A DNA stretch of 64,000 bases from Candidatus Eiseniibacteriota bacterium (GCA_963762255.1 CAVXKA010000002.1:736001-800000), one strand, 5' to 3'; shown: positions 1 to 10,120, counted from the first letter of the stretch. Made by a program: numbers and translations. Notes: generated from the letters alone by a model not told the origin.

Positions 1-1
1 C

Positions 2-445
2 CGACTCCGGCTGCTCCTCGAAGCGCGCGTCGCCCCAGTTCTTGCTGACGTAGTACGCCTCTCGCTTGGTGGCGATGTCGTCCTGCTCGACCAGTTCCTT
101 GGAGAGCGCCATCATCCGCAGCGTCTGCGCGAAGGTCTTGACCGTGTTGACGGTGAGCGTGCGCTCCTTGGACTTTCCCTTCATCTCGAAGTAGCCGCGC
201 TGCACCGAGTACTTCACGTTGGCCAGCGCGCGCAGCGGAAGCCGCAGCGACGGCTTCTGCCGGGCGACGATATGGCGCTCGATCTGTCGCGCCTCGCTCT
301 TGATGAGGGAGACGGTGTCCTTGACCGCGGAAGCGGGGGCGCCGGCACTGCGCCGAGGCACCTTCGGCTTCGCCTGCGCCGCCGCCTTCGCGGCCGCCGC
401 CGAAGGCTTCTTCGTCCCCACCTTCGTGATCTTCTTCTTCGCCAC
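2..445 (-). CDS. top6A: DNA topoisomerase VI subunit A, 5' part (runs off window start)
   Basis: Not in the ORF track. Manual translation from GTG at 445 gives MAKKKITKVG...KERTLTVNTVKTFAQTLRMM...IATKREAYYVSKNWGDARFEEQPES. TKREAYY matches the Spo11/Top6A catalytic-Tyr motif, and top6B lies 0.7 kb upstream on the same strand. Confidence 0.9.
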   Translation of the reverse strand, partial: MAKKKITKVGTKKPSAAAAKAAAQAKPKVPRRSAGAPASAVKDTVSLIKSEARQIERHIVARQKPSLRLPLRALANVKYSVQRGYFEMKGKSKERTLTVNTVKTFAQTLRMMALSKELVEQDDIATKREAYYVSKNWGDARFEEQPES

Positions 446-459
446 TCCCCTGTCCTTCC

Positions 460-479
460 GTGATCACCCGGGTGATCAC
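460..479. repeat. Perfect 20-bp palindrome GTGATCACCCGGGTGATCAC (dispersed repeat, copy 1)
   Basis: Self-complementary and intergenic; the same unit recurs at 52387, 53737 and 62372. Confidence 0.85.
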
Positions 480-485
480 CTGTCG

Positions 486-1109
486 CTAGTCCAACGTCCT
501 CAACACCGCCCGCACCGGCGAGCTATCCGCTTCCATGAGCCGCAGCGGCAGCGCGATCAACTCGTACTCCCCGGCGTCCACGTCCGACAGATCCAGTCCT
601 TCGAGATTGCGCATCCCGGTCTCGAGGAGCACGCGGTGCGTGGGCAGCTCCTTCGACTCGTAGGCGTCCACCGAGGGCGTGTCGATCCCCAAGAGCTTCA
701 CCCCCATGCGCGCCAGCCGCCGCGCCAGCCCGGCATCGATCCACGCGAAGTCGGTGTTCCACTGCTCGAAATCGGGAAAGGTCCCCGTCTTGAAGAGCAC
801 GCGCTCGGCGCCGTAGAGCTCGACGCCAAACAGCGACTCCTCGTCCACGACCCGCGCACCGGTGAGATCGACGACCCGGCACCGGCCGACGTAGGGCGAC
901 AGATCCACCGCACCGATCGCATCGCCCGACACCGAGAAGTGCAGCGGGCCGTCGGCATGCGCCCCCAGATGCGGCGTCGACGTGAGAGATGCCACGTTGC
1001 TCAAGCCGCCCTGCTCCATGCGCGCCGCCCACGTGAGCCGGTACTCGGGGTCTCCCGGCCACACCGCAGTCCGCGCGGTGATCGGCGGCGAGATGTCGAT
1101 GAGCCGCAC
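486..1109 (-). CDS. Cyclase family metal-dependent hydrolase / kynurenine formamidase (KynB-like)
   Basis: HLGAHADGPLH (HxGxHxDxPxH), GIDTPSVD, LEGLDL and ALPLRL..ADSSPVRA motifs. Confidence 0.85.
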   Translation of the reverse strand: MRLIDISPPITARTAVWPGDPEYRLTWAARMEQGGLSNVASLTSTPHLGAHADGPLHFSVSGDAIGAVDLSPYVGRCRVVDLTGARVVDEESLFGVELYGAERVLFKTGTFPDFEQWNTDFAWIDAGLARRLARMGVKLLGIDTPSVDAYESKELPTHRVLLETGMRNLEGLDLSDVDAGEYELIALPLRLMEADSSPVRAVLRTLD

Positions 1110-1116
1110 GACAGCC

Positions 1117-2808
1117 TCAGTCCATCTTCCGCGACCGCTCGAGCGTGTCGCGCAACGTGGTCACCACCCGCGCTTCCTCGGCGTCGCTCAGCGAGAGAAT
1201 TTCCTTCAGAGCGATCCCGATATGCGGGATGTACTTCTCGATGTAGGAGCGCTTGCGGTCCGCCTCTTTCTCGCGCAGGCCGCGGCGAATGTGCAGCGAG
1301 AGCCGCCGCCCGCACTCCTGGATCGCGAGCCGGATCTCCTTCATGATCTCCGGGTAGTGCGCGATCGCCTCCTTGGACTCGCTGGTGAACGGCACCCACA
1401 CGGAGGCGATGTGCACCATGAGCACGATCGGCCCGATCGGCAACGACCCCTTCGACTGCTGCACCTTGTAGCTGCGCCACGCGGTCGAGATCACGCCCTT
1501 GGTGACCGCGCACGCGCCCTGCTGATAGAGCAGCGGCACGCGGTTGGCGAAGCGATAGAGAACGATCGGCTCGTCCCCGGGCAGGTCCCCGCCGAACGCC
1601 AGCGCGACCTCCACCTGGAACGGGTTCCCGCGATAGACGGACGGACTGCGCGTCGAGGCGGTGTAGAAACTCGCCTTCACCTCCTGCTTGAGGCCCTCGA
1701 TCAGCAACTCCTCCCCGATCGGCGAGAGGCAGTTGGTGGGCGGGGCCATGAGCTTGGTCTGACCGATCGCGTGGAACAGCGCTTCGGCGTCCTTGTGCTG
1801 GACGGTCCGCGCCGAGGCGTTCTCGCGGATCTTGGCCGTGGCCAGGATCCCATCCGCGACCCGCGGACTTACGCGCGAGAACTCGCTGGTGAGGAAGCCC
1901 TTCACGTTGCGCGCCTTGGTGTCGGAGAGCATCTTCATGAGCATGCCGAGCTCGACGCCGTGCGGGTGCGGCTGGATCTCGAGCGGCTCCTTCGGCAATT
2001 GCGACGCCGCGCGCTCGTAGACGATCGCCGCTTCCTTGGGAGGGCGATAGCCGAGTCGCAGGTGCGGGTTGGCAAGCGCGGTCTGCTGGATGTAGGCATC
2101 CACCGAGCGCGGCCCCTTGCGGTAGGTCGCCTCCATCTCGATCTCTACTCGCGTGCCGTGCTCCACGCCGTCCCACTCCACCTCGCGGTCGGCGATGGTG
2201 ACCGGCGCGTTCTTGCGGGTGTCGATCCGGATTTCGAAATGGTGCGCGGGGCGGTTCTTCGCGGTCCGGCTCGTGATCACGATCGGTTTGCCGGTGGTGA
2301 GCTGGCCGTACATCCCCGCCGCGGAGATGCCGATCCCCTGCTGCCCGCGCGACTGGCGCAGGCGATGGAACTTGGATCCGTAGAGGAGCTGCCCGAAGAT
2401 GCGGGGTATCTGCTGCTGCACGATGCCGGGCCCGTTGTCCTGCACCGCGATCCGGAACCGCTCCTCGGCGAGCTGGTCGATCTCCACCTGGATGTCGGGG
2501 AGAATCCCCGCCTCTTCGCACGCGTCGAGCGAGTTGTCCACCGCCTCCTTGATCGCCGTCAACAGCGCCTTGGCGGGGTTGTCGAATCCGAGGAGGTGAC
2601 GGTTCTTGGAGAAGAACTCGCTCACCGAGATCTCGCGCTGCGCCTTGGCCATGCTCTGGGCCGTCGCCGGCGCCCGGGCGCCGCGCTTGCGGGCAGGGGT
2701 GCGCTCCTCGCGCTCGGGCGGCGCTTCCTCCTCCGCCACGGCCACCGACGCATCGGCGAAGAGGAGTTCCTCCTGCTCGATCTTCTTCTTGCGCGTCCGC
2801 TGCTTCAC
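1117..2808 (-). CDS. top6B: DNA topoisomerase VI subunit B
   Basis: EFFSKNRHLLGF, KEAVDNSLDACEE, DNGPGI and SRGQQGIGIS (GHKL ATPase), plus RFANRVPLLY and VPFTSESKEAIA. Confidence 0.95.
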   Translation of the reverse strand: MKQRTRKKKIEQEELLFADASVAVAEEEAPPEREERTPARKRGARAPATAQSMAKAQREISVSEFFSKNRHLLGFDNPAKALLTAIKEAVDNSLDACEEAGILPDIQVEIDQLAEERFRIAVQDNGPGIVQQQIPRIFGQLLYGSKFHRLRQSRGQQGIGISAAGMYGQLTTGKPIVITSRTAKNRPAHHFEIRIDTRKNAPVTIADREVEWDGVEHGTRVEIEMEATYRKGPRSVDAYIQQTALANPHLRLGYRPPKEAAIVYERAASQLPKEPLEIQPHPHGVELGMLMKMLSDTKARNVKGFLTSEFSRVSPRVADGILATAKIRENASARTVQHKDAEALFHAIGQTKLMAPPTNCLSPIGEELLIEGLKQEVKASFYTASTRSPSVYRGNPFQVEVALAFGGDLPGDEPIVLYRFANRVPLLYQQGACAVTKGVISTAWRSYKVQQSKGSLPIGPIVLMVHIASVWVPFTSESKEAIAHYPEIMKEIRLAIQECGRRLSLHIRRGLREKEADRKRSYIEKYIPHIGIALKEILSLSDAEEARVVTTLRDTLERSRKMD

Positions 2809-2809
2809 G

Positions 2810-3781
2810 TTAGAACCATCCCTTGCGGCGGAAGTAGGCCAGCATGATCCCCGCCAACACCAGCATGGCGCCCACCACGAACCACACGCCGAGCGGGTGG
2901 TGGAGACCGGGGAACCACTGGAAGTTCATCCCGAAGAACCCGGTGATGAGGCTCAGCGGCAGCATGATGGTGGCGATGATCGAGAGCACCTTCATGATTT
3001 CGTTGGTGCGGTTGGAGATGACGGTCATGTAGGTGTCCATCGCGGTGCCGATCATGTCGCGGTACGCGTCCAGCGAGTCGGCGATACGCAGCAGGTGATC
3101 GTGGATGTCCCGGTAGTAGTAGCGGGTTCCCTCCTGGACGATCGGGCAATCGCCGCGGGCGATCTGGTTCATGATCTCTCGCTGGGGTCCCGCCACCCGC
3201 CGCAGGGCCATGATCGTGCGCTTGAGATCGAGGATTTCCTTCAGCACGTCGCGAGTAGCTCCCTCGAAGAGCCGGTCCTCGATCCCGTCCATTTTCTCGT
3301 CGAGGCGCTGGAGCATATCGAAGTAGTAGTCCACCATGCGGTCGAGCACCGCGTGCAACACCACGTCGGGTCCCCGGTGAAGAATCTCGGGGTTCTTCTC
3401 CACGCGCTCCTGGACCTCGCGGATGGAGAAGAGGCGGTCGTAGCGAACCGTCACCAGGAAGGCTGCCCCCAGGAAGAGGTCCAGCTCCACCATCTCCAGG
3501 GGATCCTTCCCCTCGGCGAGGTTGAGCCCGTGGAAGGTCATGAAGATATAGTTGCCGTACTCGTCGATCTTGGGCCGCTGGATGTTGCTGTGGCAGTCTT
3601 CGATGGCCAGGGGATGGAAGTGGAACACTGCCTGGAGCGCTTCGTAGTCGGCCATCTCCGGTTCGAAGAGGTCGATCCACACCCGTGTCCCGGGATCCTC
3701 CATGAAGGGACCCAGCTCCCCCAGCGGGATGTCCGAAACCAGGGCTCCATCGCTCTTGAGCATCAGGATTGTCGTCGCCAC
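2810..3781 (-). CDS. corA: Magnesium/cobalt transporter CorA
   Basis: HPLAIED and RPKIDEY, with the C-terminal GFFGMNF signature between two TM helices. Confidence 0.95.
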   Translation of the reverse strand: MATTILMLKSDGALVSDIPLGELGPFMEDPGTRVWIDLFEPEMADYEALQAVFHFHPLAIEDCHSNIQRPKIDEYGNYIFMTFHGLNLAEGKDPLEMVELDLFLGAAFLVTVRYDRLFSIREVQERVEKNPEILHRGPDVVLHAVLDRMVDYYFDMLQRLDEKMDGIEDRLFEGATRDVLKEILDLKRTIMALRRVAGPQREIMNQIARGDCPIVQEGTRYYYRDIHDHLLRIADSLDAYRDMIGTAMDTYMTVISNRTNEIMKVLSIIATIMLPLSLITGFFGMNFQWFPGLHHPLGVWFVVGAMLVLAGIMLAYFRRKGWF

Positions 3782-3949
3782 GCTCTCGTCCTCATCCGCG
3801 CCTTCCGGCGCGCGTCAGCGCAAAGCCGGCGCCAGTCTAGCAGCGAGGGAGAGCGCGGCCAACCGGCCGCCCTCGAAGCGCCCTGCGGACGACGATTTCT
3901 GCGTCGCGATTTACCCCCACCGCAACGCTTGCTAGACTCTCCCGTTCCC

Positions 3950-5119
3950 ATGCGTCGCTTATCGCCGTCACGCCGGTCAGCCGTCACGCGGACGCTCGCC
4001 GTCGCCCTCATCGCCTGCGCCTTTTCGATCGCCGGACCGCGAGTCCCGGCCGGAGCGACACCGTCTTCCCTCCAGGAGGCGGTGGACGCGGCCTCCCCGG
4101 GGGATACCGTTTGGGTTGATCCCGGCGACTACCCGCGCACGATCACGGTGAACAAGGCGATCACCGTCCGCCCGCTGGGGGCCGCGGGTTCGGTGCGGCT
4201 GGCCGCCATCGAGGCCTCGCTGGCCAGCATCGAGCAAATCGTCTTCGATGGCGCGCTGGGCGATTGGAGCGGCACGCTGGCCGTTGCCGGGCCCTCGGCG
4301 ACGTTCACCGGCTGCCGATTCACCGGGAAGCTCAGAGGCGTTCACGTTCAACCCGGAGCCGAGAACGTCGTACTTCGCGATTGCGCCTTCGACGCACTCT
4401 TCGAGGCCATCGCGGTGGAGCCCGGCTTGGGCTCACTCCGGCTGGAGCGCGTCGAGGCCTCGGATGTGTCCTTCGGCCTTGCCGTACATGACACCCTGGT
4501 CTGCCCCCCGGGAGGCATCCGCGCTCCCGCCGCGCGCTGCGCGAGCGGAAACTGCGGCGAGGTGCGCGTGATCGATTCCCGTTTCACCGGGGGCGAACTG
4601 CAGGTCGACCTCCCGGGGGTCGTCCTCTTCACGTCCCAAGGCTCCGTTTTCGAGGGCGCGAAGACCGCCTTCCGCGCGCGGGGGGCGCGCCTCGAACTGG
4701 ACGACTGCGTGATCTCCGGCGTGCTCCAGAGCGGCACCGGCCTCCTCCTTCACTCCGTGTCGGGCTACCTGCGCCGGTGCGATATCAACTTCTGGAACAC
4801 CGCGCTGGAGGTCGGCGACGGGGACTGCGGGTACTACTCGGACCTCGTCGTCGGGGGGACCCTCGACGTGACCAACGACATCGACAACACGCGAGTCTGC
4901 GTGCGCCTCCTCCAGCCGGAGCCGATCCCCGCCGAAGCCAATTTCTGGGGGTCCACCAACTGCGCCGGCATCCTCGCGGCGATCCGTGGACAGACGGTGA
5001 CGGCCATCACCGACCGCGAGCATGGCATCCTGTACTTCTGCTCCACCCCGGTCGAGCGCTCGACCTGGGGCGGGATCAAGAGCCGCTACCGCGAGCCCGA
5101 CGGGAGGAACGCGCGGTGA
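3950..5119 (+). CDS. Secreted right-handed parallel beta-helix (pectin-lyase-like) protein with C-terminal TWG motif
   Basis: Signal peptide after ATG 3950; SLQEAVDAASPGDTVWVDPGDY start; ANFWG motif; ends PVERSTWGGIKSRYR. The track ORF from 2606 is over-extended. Confidence 0.75.
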   Translation: MRRLSPSRRSAVTRTLAVALIACAFSIAGPRVPAGATPSSLQEAVDAASPGDTVWVDPGDYPRTITVNKAITVRPLGAAGSVRLAAIEASLASIEQIVFDGALGDWSGTLAVAGPSATFTGCRFTGKLRGVHVQPGAENVVLRDCAFDALFEAIAVEPGLGSLRLERVEASDVSFGLAVHDTLVCPPGGIRAPAARCASGNCGEVRVIDSRFTGGELQVDLPGVVLFTSQGSVFEGAKTAFRARGARLELDDCVISGVLQSGTGLLLHSVSGYLRRCDINFWNTALEVGDGDCGYYSDLVVGGTLDVTNDIDNTRVCVRLLQPEPIPAEANFWGSTNCAGILAAIRGQTVTAITDREHGILYFCSTPVERSTWGGIKSRYREPDGRNAR

Positions 5120-6861
5120 AGTCGCTCGGCCGCCTCCTTCCCTATCTCCTCCGCCACCGGCGCGCGCTGGACTGGGGCATGGTTGCGCTCTTCGTCTCCG
5201 ACGCCTTCCAGCTCGCCTCACCCTGGGTGTTCAAGTACGCCATCGACGGGCTCGGACGGGAGATGCATCGCTCCACGCTGCTGCTCTTCGCCGGAGCGCT
5301 CGTGGGCATGGCGCTGATCGGCGGCATCGCCCGCTACTTCATGCGCCGGCTGGTGATCGGGGCTTCGCGGGAGATGGAGTACGAGCTCAGGAACGACTTC
5401 TTCGCCAAGCTCACCACGCTGTCCTTCTCCTACTACAACCGCGTCCCCACAGGCGATCTCATGGCCCGCGCCACCAACGATCTCAACGCGGTTCGCATGG
5501 TGATGGGACCGGGCATCATGTACTCGGTCAACACCGCGGTGACGCTGGCCGCCGCGCTCACGCTCATGGTGATCCTGAGTTGGAAGCTCACGCTCATCTC
5601 CCTCATTCCACTGCCGCTCATCTCGTTCTTCATGTACCGGTTCGGGCGGGCCATCCACCGCCGCTTCGAGGAGGTGCAGGCTCAGTTCTCCACCATCACG
5701 TCCCGCGCCCAGGAGTACCTGGCCGGGGTCCGGGTGGTGAAGGCCTACGTGCAGGAGGAATCCGCCCGGCAGGACTTCCGCGACCGCAACCTGGAATACC
5801 TGGAAGGCAACATGCGGTTGGTGAAGATCAACGGGTTCTTCTCCCCCGTCATCGGGTTTCTCGCCGGCACCGGCACCGTGCTCGTACTGGGCTTCGGCGG
5901 GTGGCTCGTGATCGAGAAGGCGATCACCCTCGGCGATTTCGTCGCCTTCAACTCCTACCTGGTCATGCTCATCTGGCCGATGATCGCCCTGGGCTGGGTG
6001 GTCTCCATCTTCCAGCGCGGTGCCGCTTCGATGAAGCGCATCAACCAGATTCTCGACGAGGAGCCCGAGATCGCCGACCCCGAGGCCGGCGAGGCGCACC
6101 CGATCGCGGGCGAGATCGAATTGCGTGGCGTCCACTTCGAGTACGCCTCCCGCGCGGGGGTGGAAGTGCTGAAGGGCATCGACCTCCGGGTGCGGGCCGG
6201 CGAGACGGTGGCGATCGTGGGCCGCACCGGCTCCGGCAAGACCACCCTCGTGAACCTCGTGCCGCGCCTCTACGACCCGACGCAGGGTCAGGTGCTCCTG
6301 GACGGCGTGGACGTGCGGGACATTCCTCTGGACGCGCTGCGCGGCGCCGTCGGCTATGTCCCGCAGGAGACCCTGCTCTTCAGCCGCACGATCCGCGAGA
6401 ACATCGCGCTGGGTCGCCCCGACGCTTCCGATCCCGACGTGCGGCACATCGCCGAGCTGGCGCGCCTCGCCGAGGAGGTGGACGATTTCCCGTCGCGCTA
6501 CGAGACGATGGTGGGCGAGCGCGGGGTGACGCTGTCCGGAGGCCAGAAACAGCGCACCGCGATCGCGCGGGCGCTTCTGCGCAACCCGCGCATCCTCATC
6601 CTCGACGACGCCCTCGCCAGCGTGGACACCCGCACCGAGGAGGCGATCCTCGAAGGGCTCCGCGGCTTCATGCGCGACCGCACGACGCTCCTCGTCGCCC
6701 ATCGCGTGAGCACGGTGAAGCTCGCCGACCGCATCGTGGTCATCGAGGAGGGCGCCATCGCCGAGGAGGGCACCCACGAAGAACTGGTGGCCCGTGACGG
6801 AATCTACGCGGAGCTGGTGCAGCTCCAGCAACTCGAGCAGGAGCTGGAGGCGGCACAGTGA
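5116..6861 (+). CDS. ABC exporter, fused TMD-NBD half 1 (MdlA/YheI/TmrB-like)
   Basis: GTG at 5116 overlaps the previous stop. Six TM segments, Walker A GRTGSGKT, LSGGQKQR, and degenerate Walker B ILILDD. Confidence 0.92.
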   Translation: MKSLGRLLPYLLRHRRALDWGMVALFVSDAFQLASPWVFKYAIDGLGREMHRSTLLLFAGALVGMALIGGIARYFMRRLVIGASREMEYELRNDFFAKLTTLSFSYYNRVPTGDLMARATNDLNAVRMVMGPGIMYSVNTAVTLAAALTLMVILSWKLTLISLIPLPLISFFMYRFGRAIHRRFEEVQAQFSTITSRAQEYLAGVRVVKAYVQEESARQDFRDRNLEYLEGNMRLVKINGFFSPVIGFLAGTGTVLVLGFGGWLVIEKAITLGDFVAFNSYLVMLIWPMIALGWVVSIFQRGAASMKRINQILDEEPEIADPEAGEAHPIAGEIELRGVHFEYASRAGVEVLKGIDLRVRAGETVAIVGRTGSGKTTLVNLVPRLYDPTQGQVLLDGVDVRDIPLDALRGAVGYVPQETLLFSRTIRENIALGRPDASDPDVRHIAELARLAEEVDDFPSRYETMVGERGVTLSGGQKQRTAIARALLRNPRILILDDALASVDTRTEEAILEGLRGFMRDRTTLLVAHRVSTVKLADRIVVIEEGAIAEEGTHEELVARDGIYAELVQLQQLEQELEAAQ

Positions 6862-8678
6862 GCGCCCACGAATTCCAGGAAGACGAGATCCTGGGCAAAG
6901 CGTTCGACGCCCGGCTCATGCGGCGGCTCCTGGTCTATCTGCGACCGCACCGGACTTCGGTCGTTCTCTCGATCGTGCTCCTCGTCATCACCGCCGCTCT
7001 CGAGCTGACCGGACCGTACCTGACCAAGATCGCCATCGACCGATACATCGCCGACGGCGACGTGCCGGGTCTGGTCCGCATCGCTCTCCTCTACTTCGTC
7101 ACGCTCATCCTGGCCCTCGGTCTCGGGTACGCCCAGGTCTACCTCATGCAGCGGGTCGGCCAGGAGATCATGGTCACGCTGCGGGACGAGATCTTCGGCC
7201 ACTTGCAGCGGCTCCACATCGGGTTCTTCGATCGCAATCCGGTGGGTCGCCTGCTCACCCGTCTCACCAGCGACGTGGACGCGCTGAACGAGATGTTCAC
7301 GAGCGGTGTGGTGGCGATCTTCGGCGACGTTTTCACGCTGCTGGGCATCATGGGCGTGCTCATGGTCATGGACTGGCGGCTCGCGCTGGTTTCCTTCGCC
7401 GTGCTCCCGCTCCTCTTCTGGCTGAGCATGTGGTTTCGTGACGGCGTGCGGGACAGCTACCGCCAGGTCCGCACCCGCCTCGCCCGGATCAACACCTTCC
7501 TCCAGGAGTCCATCACCGGTATGTCGGTGCTGCAGGTGATGAACCACGAGAAGCGTAGCCGCGCCGAGTTCGACGAGCTCAACCGCGACCACACCGAGGC
7601 GCACCTGCGGTCCATCTTCTACTACGCGACCTTCTACCCCGGCGTGGAAGTCTTCTCCGCGCTCGCCCTGGCCATGGTGATCTGGGTGGGAGGGGAACAG
7701 ATCCTCAAGGGCGCGTTCACCCTCGGCGGTCTGGTGGCCTTCATCCAGTACGTCCGCCGCTTCTATCGCCCGATCCAGGATCTGAGCGAGAAGTACAACA
7801 TCTTCCAGGGGGCGATGGCGGCGAGCGAGCGCATCTTCACGCTCCTCGATACGCCGCCGGCCATCGAGGATCCCGCGGGAGCGGTCGTTCCCCGATCCGA
7901 CGGAGCCGCGCCGATCATCGAATTCCGAAACGTCTGGTTCGCGTACCAGGGCGAGGACTGGGTGACCCGCGACGTCTCGTTCCGGGTCATGCGCGGCGAG
8001 TCGCTCGCGTTCGTGGGCGCCACCGGATCGGGCAAGACCACGATCATGAGCCTCCTCATGCGCTTCTACGACGTGCAGAAGGGGAAGATCCTGGTGGACG
8101 GTGTGGACGTGCGCAACTGGCCGCAGCACGATCTGCGCAAGCGCATGAGCCTCGTGCTCCAGGACGTGTACCTCTTCAGCGGCACCGTCGCCCGCAACAT
8201 TCGTATGGGGAACGAGAACATCACGGAGGACGACCTCCAGACCGCGGCCCGCTACGTCAATGCCGAAGGATTCATCCTGGGTCTCCCCGAACAATTCGAA
8301 ACGCCGCTCGGCGAGCGCGGCGCCTCGCTCTCCACCGGCCAGAAGCAGCTCCTGTCCTTCGCGCGGGCCCTGGCCAACGACCCCGAGATCCTGATCCTCG
8401 ACGAGGCCACCAGCAACGTGGACACCGAGACCGAGATCCTCATCCAGGAGGCGCTCTCGAAGCTGATGCTGGGGCGCACCTCGCTGGTGGTGGCACATCG
8501 CCTCTCCACCGTACGCAACGTGGACCGCATCCTCGTCATGCACAAGGGCACGATCCGCGAGGAGGGTACCCACCAGGAACTCCTCAAGCAGCGCGGGCTC
8601 TATTACCGGCTCTACCTGCTGCAGTACAAGGACCAGGAGGCGATGGGAGCGGCCCGCCCCGCCCCGTCGGGATCCTGA
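6858..8678 (+). CDS. ABC exporter, fused TMD-NBD half 2 (MdlB/YheH/TmrA-like)
   Basis: GATGSGKT, degenerate signature LSTGQKQ and ILILDEAT. The GTGA overlap with half 1 points to an asymmetric heterodimer. Confidence 0.92.
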   Translation: MSAHEFQEDEILGKAFDARLMRRLLVYLRPHRTSVVLSIVLLVITAALELTGPYLTKIAIDRYIADGDVPGLVRIALLYFVTLILALGLGYAQVYLMQRVGQEIMVTLRDEIFGHLQRLHIGFFDRNPVGRLLTRLTSDVDALNEMFTSGVVAIFGDVFTLLGIMGVLMVMDWRLALVSFAVLPLLFWLSMWFRDGVRDSYRQVRTRLARINTFLQESITGMSVLQVMNHEKRSRAEFDELNRDHTEAHLRSIFYYATFYPGVEVFSALALAMVIWVGGEQILKGAFTLGGLVAFIQYVRRFYRPIQDLSEKYNIFQGAMAASERIFTLLDTPPAIEDPAGAVVPRSDGAAPIIEFRNVWFAYQGEDWVTRDVSFRVMRGESLAFVGATGSGKTTIMSLLMRFYDVQKGKILVDGVDVRNWPQHDLRKRMSLVLQDVYLFSGTVARNIRMGNENITEDDLQTAARYVNAEGFILGLPEQFETPLGERGASLSTGQKQLLSFARALANDPEILILDEATSNVDTETEILIQEALSKLMLGRTSLVVAHRLSTVRNVDRILVMHKGTIREEGTHQELLKQRGLYYRLYLLQYKDQEAMGAARPAPSGS

Positions 8679-8782
8679 CCGTTTCCGCTATTGCCTGCCG
8701 CCCGGCTGCTTGATACCCTTTTGCGCCTTGTACCCGACCCCCGCTGTTCCAGCGCCCTGAGGCGCGACGGAAAGGACCCATC

Positions 8783-9787
8783 ATGAAAACGCGCCTGTTC
8801 TGGCTCGCACTCAGCATCGCGCTTGCGGCCACGGGATGCGGCTCCATGGGGAGCAAGCTCCCTGAGGGCGCCGCGGCCACGGTGGACGGACAGACCATCA
8901 CCATCCCCGAGGTCGAGAAGGTCGCCCAGAACTTCCTCCGTCAGAACGTGCCCCCCGATTCCACAGTCGAGGGCGCAACCCGCCCCGAGCAGATCTACAA
9001 CACGGCGCTCGCGCGGCTGGTGGAGCAGAAGCTGCTGGAGAAGGCGGCGGAGAAGGCCGGCATCGTGGTGACCGAGGAGCAGGTACAGGGCCGGGTGGCG
9101 CAGCTCAAGGCGCAGGTCGGCGGGCAGGAGGCTTTCGTCGAGCTCCTCACCAAGAACAACGTGACCGAAGCCGACGTGGAGCGCGACATGCGCACGAACA
9201 TGCTCCTCGGCGAGTACTTCAACAAGACGATGGAGCAGAATCCCGGGGTCTCCGATGATGAGATTTCGGATTACTTCGACGGGCACCCCGAGTCGTTCGG
9301 CCCTCAGCCCGAGGTCCACGCCAGCCACATTCTGTTGATGGTCCCGGCGGGTTCCGACGCCGCAGCCAAGGCCGCAGTGCGGACGAAGATCGAAGGCATC
9401 CTGGCCAAGCTCCAGGGCGGCGCCGATTTCGCGCAGATGGCGAAGGACAACTCCGAGGACACCGGTAGCGGCGCCAACGGCGGAGATCTGAGCTGGTTCG
9501 GGCACGGGGCCATGGTCGCGCCCTTCGACTCCGCGGCTTTCGCCCTGGAGCCGGGCCAGATGAGCGGCATCGTGGAGACTCAATTCGGCTATCACATCAT
9601 CAAGGTGCTCGAGCGGCGCACCAGCGAGGGCCGGAACATCGAGGACGTCAAGGAGGGGATCCGGAGCTTCCTCAGCCAGGAAAAGGGCCAGAAGCAGTTC
9701 CGGGCGCGGGTGGATTCGCTCAAGGCGGAGGCCAAGGTCAAGACCGCCCCCCCGCCGGCGGAGGTCATCACCCGGTTGGGGTCGTAG
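8783..9787 (+). CDS. Parvulin-type peptidyl-prolyl isomerase lipoprotein (PrsA/SurA-like)
   Basis: Lipobox ATGC; SurA-N-like region; VHASHIL, GGDLSWF, MVAPF and ETQFGYHIIKV. Confidence 0.92.
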   Translation: MKTRLFWLALSIALAATGCGSMGSKLPEGAAATVDGQTITIPEVEKVAQNFLRQNVPPDSTVEGATRPEQIYNTALARLVEQKLLEKAAEKAGIVVTEEQVQGRVAQLKAQVGGQEAFVELLTKNNVTEADVERDMRTNMLLGEYFNKTMEQNPGVSDDEISDYFDGHPESFGPQPEVHASHILLMVPAGSDAAAKAAVRTKIEGILAKLQGGADFAQMAKDNSEDTGSGANGGDLSWFGHGAMVAPFDSAAFALEPGQMSGIVETQFGYHIIKVLERRTSEGRNIEDVKEGIRSFLSQEKGQKQFRARVDSLKAEAKVKTAPPPAEVITRLGS

Positions 9788-9806
9788 CTCCCCCCCGTGT
9801 TGGGGG

Positions 9807-9836
9807 TTGCCGGGGAGGACCCCGGCGGGGTACACT
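9807..9836 (+). promoter_or_regulatory. Putative sigma70 promoter for the small basic protein
   Basis: TTGCCG-18 bp-TACACT about 90 bp upstream of ATG 9923. Confidence 0.4.
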
Positions 9837-9922
9837 CCTTCGCGCTTTGTCCCCGGCCCTAGAGGTCCGGGGTGGTGGGGCCCCGGCGCCCCGTTCATCG
9901 CAGGTCAGGATGGGAACGATTC

Positions 9923-10027
9923 ATGGGAAGTCTGATCAAGAAGCGGCGCAAGAAGATTCGCAAGCACAAGCTCAAGAAGCGCCGCCGCGCCAACCGGCAT
10001 AAGAAGCGCGAGCGCTACAAGGTCTAG
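9923..10027 (+). CDS. Small basic protein of the bS22/mS38 (AURKAIP1/COX24) ribosomal protein family
   Basis: Below the track cutoff: MGSLIKKRRKKIRKHKLKKRRRANRHKKRERYKV (34 aa) matches the MGSVIKKRRKRMxKxKH pattern. Confidence 0.85.
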   Translation: MGSLIKKRRKKIRKHKLKKRRRANRHKKRERYKV

Positions 10028-10080
10028 ACGGCGCGCCCGCGGGAGCGCCCGCTGCGGCCTGTCGCCTCGGCATCGATCCA

Positions 10081-10120
10081 GAGAGAGGGGTCTCGCCCGT
10101 CGAGATCCCTCTTTCGTGTT
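10081..10120. terminator. Stem-loop terminator between the convergent bS22-like gene and ruvA
   Basis: GAGAGAGGGGTCTCG-CCCGT-CGAGATCCCTCTTTC followed by GTGTT. Confidence 0.7.
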
